Below, piece after piece: positions 52,516 to 64,000 of a stretch of 64,000 bases of DNA; positions within the stretch are counted from its first letter, which is position 1; every line of letters begins with the position of its first letter. The stretch spans positions 1,798,001-1,862,000 of the forward strand of contig CP075497.1 of NCBI GenBank assembly GCA_021613535.1, read 5' to 3'. Both the position numbers and the translations under genes were made by a program. This DNA comes from Adineta vaga. Lineage: Eukaryota; Animalia; Rotifera. The notes under the pieces were generated by a model. That model searched no databases, was not told where the DNA came from, and was given only the letters and a program-made list of their open reading frames with translations.

Positions 52516-54061
52516 TTAACTTTTGATTTCAATTGGAATATAATCGTTATTATGTTTGCTTCTCTTCTTCGTGTCTTTTACTATGCTTTGTCGATATTGT
52601 GAATCTCGATTTTTTAAATTTCGACGATATTTCAATGGAACAGAGAATAACCAGATGAAAAGTATGATATGAATAACAAGATAAATTCCAACAGCAATAA
52701 AAAGAACACATTGATCCAATTGAAAAAACCAAGAATTTGAAGCAGCACGAAAATCAGGTGTATTTCGAAAGATCATAGCACCAATAACAGCATGCCAAAT
52801 TGAAAGAATAACAAGGATAAATAAACACATGATGGCATATTTATCCATTGTTGTTAAATAAGATATCGTAGGCTATGAAAAGAAAATTATATCTCAAGGA
52901 TAAAGATAATAAAACTATCTAAACTTACAAGAGATCTATTTACTGTCCAACGAAATGTAATAGATGTTAATAAAAGTGTACAACTTATTTGAATACGATT
53001 TGCACTGAGACTAAAAGTGAAGAGAGGAAAAAAAAGTAAACATTTTCTTTTTTTGTATGAAGAAAAATTAAACTTACTGTGGTGGAATAGCGAAAATACA
53101 AAAAGAAACAATGGTAATTAACATAATAAGACAATAACCATTCCAATAAAAATAATTCGAACATCGAGCTAAAATATTTCAAAAAACAATTTCTCTTTTT
53201 CCTTTTTTCGTTTTATTTGAGTAGTCTACTCAATTAACACGCACCTGCATGACAAGTCACCGTGACAATCGATCGATTTCGTTCCTTATTCGTTAAGGTA
53301 CCCGCATCTTCCTGTTTTCCTTCTCCTTCTCCTCCTTCTTCTTCTTCTTCTTCATCATCATCATTTCCACCTCGAAATAAAAATTCTTTAATATATCTCT
53401 GTTGTGTATCGACATGTTCATATAATGACCATTCTTGTTGATCAACAAATGCTTCTCGATTGACTCCACTTGAAAGATGTGGATCAGCTATTAATAGAAC
53501 TTTATCATCATAAAGCATTGATGCAATTGATATTGATAGATCTTGAACATCGGATGGAAAATGATGTAATTCAAGTTTTTCCCAAAATAATCCTTTGATA
53601 TCACGATGTTCACAGATATAAATTTGTGAATCAACTTTTGATTTTTTTGCACTATATCGAATTTGTTCTTTGAGATCGCCTAACGCATTTTCAATATACA
53701 ATTGTGGATGCCAATTGTTTTCAGCATATTTTATTAATGAAACAGATTTGCCTTGAGTTAAACGTTGTTGTTCTTCGGGAGAAAGATTTGGAAGAAGTTT
53801 CTGTAAATCTACTGACCAACGTGATTCAATTGCAGCTTGTGCTTGATATTTTTCATTTAATGTATCAATTTCTCCAATTCGAAGAAACATTAAACGAACA
53901 TAAACTTTCATTGCTCGATTTGAGTTCATTGCTGATGAATCGAACGTTTCTTCGGTTGTTTTTTGAAAAACTATTGATGAATAATTCGTATTATATTTTT
54001 CTTTTCGCTTTTTATACTAATATTGTGTCTTACCTGCAAGTGCACTACTCATTAATGACAT
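52516..54061 (-). CDS. Cys-less (Pro-loop) pentameric ligand-gated ion channel-like subunit, multi-exon
   Basis: IGEIDTLNEKY, WHPQLYIEN, LELHHFPSDVQDL (FPxD loop without cysteines), RIQISCTLLLT, LPTISYLTTMDKY, TM helices. First exon MSLMSSALA splices in frame. Confidence 0.82.
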
Positions 54062-54144
54062 TCTTCGTGTTTGTGAAAGGCCGTTTAAATATTCTTTGCT
54101 TTCTTTCGTTAACGCCATATATCTAAGTGTCTTTAATTACATGC

Positions 54145-54170
54145 TCTCTCTCTCTCTCTCTCTCTCTCTC
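54145..54170. repeat. (CT)n microsatellite
   Basis: Perfect CT dinucleotide run upstream of the channel gene. Confidence 0.9.
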
Positions 54171-55740
54171 ATGTTACTATGTTTTGTTTACTTACCTGAA
54201 TTTTATTCGGCAATTGAAACTACCGTCTACAAGTTACAATTTGCGCATATTATTCTTTCCAATCGATGACATTTAATAACAATATCGAAAATGAAAGCGT
54301 TATACGAAAAATAACTGAATGATTTATGATACAACCAAATGATTTACCTCGTCTGAAGAAAAATAAAAGGCGATATTATTTCGTCTTTGATTGGAGGTTA
54401 ATTATTGATCGAAGAAATAATATGTTCTTTCTTTTTTAAAATGTTTTCATCGTTAATTTCCTCTTATTTGTTGGTACATATATATATATATTTTTGATTA
54501 CAAAAAATCTTTTTTTCATTCATCTGATGCAAACGTTTCATAATCTGAAAAAAGAAAACAAAGATATTTCAATATTTGTCAATCATGTGCATGTCATGTA
54601 GGTGAAGAATACACTTATTGTCAATAGGGAAAAGTATGATTGTTTAATAAATATTGATTATACATAGTTTCCGATGTCCAATGACAATTAAAACACAAAT
54701 TATATTCACGATTAGAAGAGACATAGAAATACTTAGATGATACGATAATTATTGAGAAAGAATAAATAACCGCTGTTGCAAAATGCCAAATTCGCAGCTT
54801 ATTTTCGATGATTCACGAAAAGTTATGTTACGCCTTTGTTTTTTATTTGAATATGTCACAATGACAAAGAAATGAATAAAAATAAAATCTTATCAAATGT
54901 AGAAGAATATTAATGACGATAAATATTTAAATTAATCGATTAGAAAATGTCTAAAACAACGTATGGAACTGATCTTCTTTACTTTTCATTCTATAAATAC
55001 TATTCTGAAGTCTATTCACGAAAGAAAAATGCTCAATTTCTTCTTTTATCTATAATGAAGTCTTAATAATAGTATTATTAACTTATTCAAAACATTGGAG
55101 ATCTTAGAAATGTCAATAGGGATCGTTAACTACATGTAAACTTAAGAGCATTGAAGTGTTTGCTCGAGATCAAATACATAAGATTAAAAATGAATTATTT
55201 TCAACAATCATCTTGACAAAAATCTGTATTAAAGAGAAAAAGATGCGACATCTTGTCATCCTCAAATAATAACATAGAAACCGATCCTTTTTCTTCCCTC
55301 TCGTATAATTATCTGGAAAAAAAAGTAAAAAATCTTTCCTTCTATTTCATTTTAATCAAAATATCGATGAGAATTTACAATACCTGACTAAACAATCTAT
55401 AATATTTTTTCTCTTCATCTTCACAAACGTAAATTGTGACAAAATCTGAAGAAAAAAATCACGTTATTTCCTTGATATAATGTTTAAAAACTGAATGCAT
55501 TTACTCTCATTTCACATAGAGAAGGTATTCAATATGTAGAATAGTGTTACTAAGAAAGAAAAGTAAAATAAATATGCACTTTAAATAATGAAATCAACAA
55601 AGACGGGAAAATTCTATATAAAAACATGTTGTGTTTTTTTTCATTGAATTTTGAAGAAAATATATTGAAGAAAAGAAAAGAAATGAAAATCATAACGAAA
55701 GTTTGTGAATATTTATAAAATATATATGAAGAAATATTCG

Positions 55741-57022
55741 TCAACGAAAAAATCGCCAATCAAATGGTTCAACAGCTGCATGTTTTATTGGAGATATCGG
55801 AGGTTTAGTTGGTCGCCATGATCCATCAATTTGTTTGGAAATACAATGCATAGATAGAAAAGGAACACGTAAAACAAGAAATTTTAAATCATTAACTCGT
55901 GGTTGACCACCAGTCAATTGTCGTGTACAAACTTCTATTGATGGTGCCTGGAATGAAAACAAAGAATATTAATATGAAAATCAATCGTTTTCTCTTACAT
56001 GTCCAACAATAAGTAAATTTCCTGCATCCATTTCATGATTTTTTAGAATTGATGTCATAATAAAATGACTTCTTGTGTAATACATTAATTCATCTTCATC
56101 TTTTCTTAAACTTTCCATTGGATAAAATGCTTTATAGGATTTGTCAACATTGAATCCATTTCTTGTTAATTCATCAAAATCAAGAAATGGCCATTTCACC
56201 GGTACAACAGGATACCATTTAAGAAATTCGAAAAGACATGGTTCAATACGAATTGGTATATCGTCACGCATTCGAAGACCTTCAAGAATTTTATCAGCTG
56301 TTTGAACACAACGTAAGGCAGGTGAAGCATAAACATGATGAATTTCGATACCTTGTGCCGCCAATTCTTCGCCTACCATTTTACATTCATGTAAACCTAG
56401 TTCTGTTAATGGAGGATCAAATAGAAAATCTTTTAAATCTCTTCTTGTAACCATTTTTTTCGGTAAATTTAAATTTATTCGTCGATATGCACCTGTTGCT
56501 TTATCAAATACTTGATCAAGCCAACCAGCACCAAATGTCGAATCAACACGTTCAGCATGACGAACGACTAAGATTTTTTGTGATTCACGTTGAATCGGTT
56601 GAGATGTTGATGATTGTTGATGAATTGTTTGAAGAATAAATGGTGGTTTGATAAAACGTAAGGATCGTCGACGTGTTAATGATAAATTATTTGAATCATT
56701 TGAAAGTGTTGGATTGATTGGAACAAGTTGTTGTTGTTGTTGTAAAAGTGAATGAGAATTTCCTTGTTGTGTATTGATTAGTAGGGGTGGAAGAGTTTGA
56801 GGTGGACTCATGAAAACAGGATCAGAAAGACGTTTACGATTTTTACGTTGATCATATAATTGATTTGGATTTTTTTCACGTAAAACAACGGTATTATAAA
56901 GATTTTCAAGAAGAATTTGTTGAACTTGTGGATGTTTTAATGAGGAATAAGTAAATGTACTTGGTTGAGATGTTGTATGTTGTTGTTGTTGCTGCTGTTG
57001 CTGTTGTTGTTGCTGCTGCTGT

Positions 57023-57066
<44 letters not shown>

Positions 57067-57117
57067 TTGTTGCTGCTGAGATGATTGTAAAGGGTCATTT
57101 GTTTGACACCTCTTCAA
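55741..57117 (-). CDS. Histidine phosphatase (UBASH3/Sts/ecdysteroid-phosphate phosphatase-like PGM domain) with polyQ N-terminus; 5' end uncertain
   Basis: VVRHAERVD, DPPLT, YASPALRCVQTA, IRIEPCLFE, LIVGH|APSIE. Confidence 0.85.
56980..57078 (-). repeat. CAG/CAA repeat encoding 33 Gln
   Basis: 99-nt uninterrupted CAA/CAG tract. Confidence 0.92.
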
Positions 57118-57839
57118 ATCATGTATTATTAGGACGTATAGAAAATTTATATGAATATTTATATGAAAAATGATTCATTGTCAGCAAAATTCATTCGAAA
57201 AAAAAAAAAAAAAAGAATGAAAAGCAAAGAACAAATTTTCACATTTCTTCTATCAAGTTCAAAAGAAATGAATGGTTCAATTAATTATTCATATTTATAT
57301 ATATCATTATATTGTAAAATGAAGAGAACAAATTGTCTTTCTTTCTATCACAATTCTTTCAAATTAAAAAACAAAGAATTTTGTTTGTTTAATTAAAAAA
57401 GATAATTATCTGTTATCTTTACATAGACACAAGGACATTCTTTAATATGTTATAGTTATAATATAAGAAAACGGATCGATATTTACCTTTTGAAAATATC
57501 TTTTGATATCGATGAAAATTTTAGATATTTTATTGACCTACTATCAACAACGGGTCAGATTGATCTGTTTTTCTTTAAAATTCAATCAAGCGGAATGTTT
57601 GTTCGTATTGAAAAATCTCTTGATTCATCATCATTGAAAGAACGTGAAGTTCTCTTTATGAAACGAGTTTTTTTCTTTCTTCAGTTAAATAAATAAGTAT
57701 GGTAAAAAAAAGATTCTAAAAATATGTCATTCACTAACAGTCCGTTGCCAGTTGTCGATTGGTATTTTGTTCTCGTTTCTTTCTTTCTTCTTCGATTCAT
57801 CCAACAGTATTCAACGAGGTAACCATCGCAATAAAACAA

Positions 57840-60800
57840 ATGAATTCCAATCATAGTGAACAGATTAATCGAATCTTGACAGAATTAAAAACTGGTTCAT
57901 CATTAATTAAACAAAAACGAAATGGTGAACAATATTTACGACATTTTTATCTCGATGAAAATGAAGATTATCTTTCCTATTATCGATCAGAAAAGTTTTT
58001 CTCTCAAGCACATCGATGTAAGTATCTTGAGAAAGGAGAAACAAACTTTTTATGGTTTTTTTTATATATATTTTCGAATCTAGATCATATTAAAGATATT
58101 GATGAAGTTAGAATTGGTTTTCATGCATTAACATTTGGTGGACTTGTTAAACGAAATATTGTTGATTCAGATAAAGTAAGCAAGAGATTATAGAATTGAA
58201 AAATATAAAAAACAAAAGAGTTTTTTGAGTATCATTTTATCAAAATTTCAAAGTACTGGTATTCATGCAAAGACAGAGTAGAATGAATTTCAAATCCTCA
58301 TAGATCTTCATTTCTGCTTTTCTCCCCTTTCGGGATCCGTGTACTTTATAAGGTATACATTATTTCAGTTCATCACCTTGGATAACTAACTATCAACTGT
58401 AGTATAAAAGAAACAAAGAAAAACTATGCTCTTTCAAAATCTTCAAACTGTTCCTCTTTACAGGAATGCTGACGCTATGCTTGCTTTGTCTCGTAAAGGA
58501 TTACAGGTATTGGTCAACAAGGAATTGTTCAGATTGTCGAGGGAAATATAAACTATTTTAGAAATTTGATTTATTAGTTTACTTGTGGTTCTGAAAGTTT
58601 AAATCTCTCTTCTAACATATCATTCTATGCAAATTCACGTCCTTTTTTGCTCTTCGATTAAGTTTCATCTGTTCTTTTGTTTTTTTAGGAAAATCTTGCT
58701 TTTTCTATCTTTTATAATAACTATCGTGATGAACTTCATCTAATGGCAGATGATGCACAAACTCGAAATAGTTGGATATCAGGATTACAATATTTAATCA
58801 ATCGATCCTTACAAAATCAACAACAACAACATGTTATTCGTGATACGAAGTAAAATATCTCAATGAAATTCTTTCTATTTAATGTTTAATTTCGAATTAG
58901 TTGGATTCTTAGTCATCTTCGTTTTTCTGATAAAGATAAATCAAGTACAATGGATAAAACTGAATGTCAACAATTATTAACTAATTCATTAAATATTCAA
59001 TTGACCGATGAAACGTTCGAGAAACTTTTCGATGTAAAAATATTTTTCAAACAAAACATTCGGGTTTTCTTTTTCCATCAAATTCATTTTCGATTATTTA
59101 GAATGCAAATAAAAATGGTGATGGACATTTAACTGCGGATGAATTTCTTGATTTTTTTCAAAATTTAACTCAACGACAAGATCTTTATGAACTTATGCAG
59201 AAGTAAATGAAATAATTAAAGTTCTATTATGTTCTTATGATTAATATAGATATGTAGAGAATGGTGATGAACAAATAATCGATACGATCTATATGAATGT
59301 TGATGAACTTTTGTATTTTCTACAAATAATTCAAAAAGTAAATTTTTTATTTTGAAGATCAAATTTATGTTTTCTTTTTCTTAAAGCAAAAAATTCTGAT
59401 CTATTCATCGAAAGATAAGTTTACGGTTGAATCCGTAACAACACGTGAACAAGTTGAAGATTTAATTGATGAATATGAAACAGATATTGATTTAAAAGAA
59501 CAAAAGCTTCTCAGTCTTGATGGTTTGAATATTCTTTTCTTTTTCGTTTAAGAAAAACCAAACAAACTATTTCATCTTTAGGTTTTCGAAATTTATTACT
59601 TTCCGATGAATTTTCCATTATGAAACCATGGTGTTCACGTCGAGTTTATCAAGATATGACAAGGTCTTCCATCAATCAATAATTCTATTCAATAAACTGA
59701 TTTTATTCTTTAGACCATTGAGTGATTATTATATCAATGCTTCACATAACACGTAGATTGATCTTATTCTTTCGAATGAAAAAAAAAAGAAGCTTTTGTT
59801 TATTCGTTTAGTTATTTATTTGATAATCAAATCTATGGTGATAGTAATCCCGAAGCGTATAATCGAGCATTACGTGCTGGTTGTCGTGTTTTGGAAATTG
59901 ATTGTTATGATGGTGATGATGGTCAACCGATCGTTACACATGGATATACATTTGTACGATCATGTTCATTCGAATCAATTATTCGTTTAATTGAACCGAA
60001 TCTTTTTAAAACATCACCGTAAATTGAAGAGAAGAATGAAATTGATTTGAGAATAGTTTCTTTTAGTTATCCTGTTATTTTATCAATTGAAAATCATTGT
60101 TCGATTCAACAAGAAAAAGAAATCGCACGGATTTTACGAGAAATTCTTGGAAGTAAAAAAAAACATCAAATTGTTCAATGATTTTCTTTCTAACGATTTC
60201 TTTTTGTTATATCAAGATCGATTACTTACTCAACCACCATTCTCAAGAAATTCTTGGTTATTACCATCACCGGAAGATCTCAAATACAAAGTTCTTATTC
60301 GTGTAAGTCATTTTCTTGAACTTCGTAGACCGAAAAAGCTTTTCTGTCATTTATATTCATCTGTTGTCTTAGAGTGTTAAACGATCTACATGTGATTTAC
60401 TTGAAAACAATGATTCTTCTGATTTATTTATTTATCTTGAAAATATTCCATATCGTGAAAATGATTGTAATAAAGATCAATGTAAGTGATTCGATTTGAT
60501 TGAATGTGTACATTCATTTTCTTATGAAAGATATTTGTTCTCAATCTTCATCTCTTTCTGAAAAACAAGTAGAAAAAATGTCTCATTCAAATCCAATTGG
60601 TTTAATAAAACAAACACAAAAATATTTACTTCGAATGTATCCAAATGGTTTAAGACAAGATTCAAGTAATCCTGATCCAATTAATGGATGGAATTTTGGT
60701 CTACAAATGGTTGCACTTAATTATCAAAATGATGATCATAGTATGCAATTATGTTATGGTAAATTTCTTGATAATGGTGCATGTGGTTACATTCTTAAAC

Positions 60801-61342
60801 CGAATTATATTTTACAAATTGAAAAATCGAAATTTAATCCATTAGATTATTCGATTAAATCATTGAATGGAAATTGTAAAGAAAATTTTGAATGTCCTTT
60901 ACGTTTAACAATAACAATCATTAGTGGACAATTTTTTGAACGATCTCATGAAGATTCAGATGATATTCCTGATCCATATGTGGTGATATCAACACGAGGA
61001 ATAAAATGTGATGAACAAATACATAAAACGAAATTTATTGAAAATAATGGTTTAAATCCGAATTGGAATGAAACATTTCAATTTGATATTAATTTTCCAC
61101 AAATGTCTTTACTTCGTTTTGATGTTTATGATTATGATATTTATTCTCATGATGATCATCTGGCTTATTATTGTCTTCCTATCACAACAATACAAACAGG
61201 TAGTTATTCTTTTTTTGATTATTCTCACTAATTATACGGATTTGATGTTTTAGGTTATCGTCATATTCATTTAAGAGCAAAAGATCATGATTCAACTTAT
61301 TCAACTTTATTTGTACATGTCGTCATAGAAAATAAATCTTAA
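57840..61342 (+). CDS. Phosphoinositide phospholipase C, delta-like (PH, EF-hand, X, Y, C2), multi-exon
   Basis: YQDMT-RPLSDYYINASHNT-YL, GCRVLEIDCYDG, VTHGYT, PVILSIENHC, LPSPEDLK, RMYPNGLRQDSSN, QMVALNYQ, C2 (DPYVVI, NGLNPNWNE). Confidence 0.93.
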
Positions 61343-62036
61343 TTAATAAATAATGATGATATCGCTATTTATGAGTAGAAAATCTTAATGCGAATATCTG
61401 AAACTGAGTAGTATGTTGCGCGAAGTATGTGACACAGCTGAATTGATTCATTTTCATCACTGACGAATATAACAGCAGTTATCAAAACATGTCAATAAAA
61501 TGTTCTTTTCTTTTTATACTTATTTATTAAAGATAAAGAAAAGGGTAGTTTACCTCCTTTCTTTATTTATTTACTCGTTTAATATAAAAAGACAATCTCA
61601 TTCGTAAAATATCACAAATCGAATCAAATTTAACTTTATATCTTAGTTATTCTACATTTGGTCCTATAAAATAGTATTAAATATGAAGCAAATTATTCAA
61701 TGTGCAATCAATTCGATTAACAAATTCGTTCAATTACCTTCGAAAATAACCTCATTGATGAAACATGTGAATGTGGGTGAGATGTGACGGTAGTTGACTA
61801 CTTTTTACTTTCAGATCCTACTGAAACTCTTAACTTCAGAGCTATAGCGAAGAGAAAAAGATGGGAATGTAAGTGGCCAGTACTCTTATTCTCATCCGCA
61901 TTCACATCCTTCAATTCCTTTCACAATATTCTCCTTCGTTTATCTACCGAATAAAAATAGTTAAGAAAAAAAAGCTTCTTAGAATTATATTCTCAACAAA
62001 ACAGAAAAAAAGTAAATAATTTATTATAAAAATCAT

Positions 62037-64000
62037 CTATAAACGTTTATCAATAATTTTTAATAATTTATTCGATGTTTTATTGCGAACTAATTGACTA
62101 AATTGAATTGATTCGAACTGAACAATTAATTCATCTGAAAGGCTTGTTAATTGATTGTCAAAAAATTTGTCTAAATAATTTCTTAAAATTTTTTCTAAAT
62201 TTTCATTTGTAATTGAATCTGGTTTTACATAACGAAATAAAAGAAGTATTTGATTCGTTTTTGTAGATGAAATATAATCAATAATCAATTGCCATTCAAT
62301 TAAATCGATTTGTTTCATTGTTTCTTCGATATCCGATTTTGATAGAACATCATTACCAATCATGATTAATCTTTGACTATGAAAAACTTCGATTAAACCA
62401 TATTTTGAATGTGAATCTGTTGGAAGAATTCGTCCGAGATCTCCTGAATCAAAACGAAATAATTGATTTCGTTTTCGGATAAGATTTGTAACAATTATTT
62501 TTGAATCAATTATTTCAATTTCAACTAATTCTTTTGGATAAAGATAAATTTTTGTTGAAGAATATTTCGATGATTGACATGCATAAACTCCTGTTTCAGC
62601 TGAACCATAAAAACCAAGATAAATTGAACAATGAAATATTCGTTGAAAGTATTCCTGTTTAATTTCATCAATTGCTTCACAAGCAAAATAAATTTTTTCA
62701 AAATAAATTTCCTTTTTTCCTTGTTTTTCCAAATAAAATGCTAATTGCATTAAACGATACGGTGAACCCATTAAGATAGTTGGTTTAAAATATTCAATGA
62801 TCTCCAATACATCTTCGTCGGTTGTATTCGCACTCATAGGAATCGTTGTACAATTTGCCATCGAACAAAAATCATTGAAAATTTCAAACGATCGATAAAT
62901 ATTATCCGATTGAAATAAATTTAAACAAACATCTCGATCGGAAATAATATCTTCATCTAACATCATATTAACTAATATTTGTCTTTGACGAAGATTTTCT
63001 TGAATATCTGTCGAGAAAAATAATCGTTTTCCTCCACTTCCACCAGATGATGAAATATAAACGGATTGATTCCATTGATTATCATAGAGTTTCGTTTGAG
63101 TTAATTGTTCATGTAAGTTTTCTTTTATTAAAATACTTCCATCGTTCATAGTATGAATCAATTGTTGATGAACATATGGACGAATGTAATAACCTCCACG
63201 AGATATATTTACAATTTTATTTGGAGCCATTCGAATAACTCCCATATTAAAACAATGTTCATTAAAACATAATAACATTCCACATAAATTCATAGATTTA
63301 TATGGAACATAATCAAAATATTCTTGAACGATCCATTCGTTATGAGTTGAGTCTAATAATTGTTTAGACCATTCATCAATTGTCACATCAATACCTAGAA
63401 AAGTCTTTTCATATAATCACGAAAACATTTTTAGAAAGTAAGTCTTTCAGGTTCCTCGACATACACATTTTTGTTCAAAGAAAGATCAGGTCGAGAAACC
63501 CTTTGAGACTACAGGAAAATATGCGGAATACAATCATTCTTAAGATAAGTTTTTGATAAACTATCATGAACAAGTAACACTCATTCTTCACATTCGCTAA
63601 TCCTTTTCTGAAAGAATGATATCTCATTTTGAATATGAAATAATTCTATTTAAAAAAAAAGAAGTACTTTATATCGATAGAGATCAATTATTCTAAGGTC
63701 ACTTGTTTCTCACAAGGGGCGGATCCCACTGTTCGGCGCCCCGTACCCTTACTGCTCACCTTGAATAGAAGAAGTTTTTTGGCAATAAAAGTTTACTGTA
63801 ATCTAATTGGATTAGACAGACAAACAAACTTTAAGGATTTTTTCTCGAGCTTATATTCGAACTTAATTGTTCTTACCTATGGTAATATTTTCTCCTTTTC
63901 CTGAAGAATTTGGTTTTATACACCAATGTTGTTTGTTGTTAATAATTGAATCTTTGAGATAATTTGGTAATTGTTGAATAACAAACGTTTTTGGTATTAA
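62037..64000 (-). CDS. ATP-grasp + phenylacetate-CoA-ligase-like (ANL adenylate-forming) fusion protein; 5' end outside the window
   Basis: Exon 64000-63877 (LIPKT...WCIKPNSSGKGENITIG) joins exon 63394-62037 (IDVTIDEW...WIVQEY...NISRGG), followed by SSGGSGG, FACE, FYGSAE, TNL, RFDSGD and NKTSNK. Confidence 0.8.

Overview
AT-rich, gene-dense eukaryotic (animal) genomic DNA with many short (~50-60 bp) GT-AG introns. Metazoan genes (ANKMY1, TMEM184, ATRAID, plexin, two troponin I, PLC-delta-like, PP2C, SLC17 transporters) sit beside many bacterial- or fungal-type enzymes (GH16 glucanase, cobalamin-independent methionine synthase, S9 peptidase, YqiA-like esterase, ankyrin-ADP-ribosyltransferase, ATP-grasp/adenylate-forming fusion). 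This mix suggests a bdelloid rotifer, which is an inference only. There are two local duplications: (i) a degenerate copy of the SLC17-MetE block (~12.8-16.6 kb vs ~17.4-24.6 kb) and (ii) a near-identical three-gene cassette, ankyrin-ART <- -> esterase -> RING-YEATS (28.6-31.5 kb and 37.2-40.0 kb). Manual splicing reveals small genes missed by the ORF track: a 58-aa CxxC..HxxC zinc-finger microprotein, a His6/Gly-rich peptide, and a ubiquitin-like plus 2-TM protein. Several genes have operon-like spacing with a splice acceptor right before the ATG. Family assignments come from motif recognition, not database searches. Exon boundaries were read by eye.
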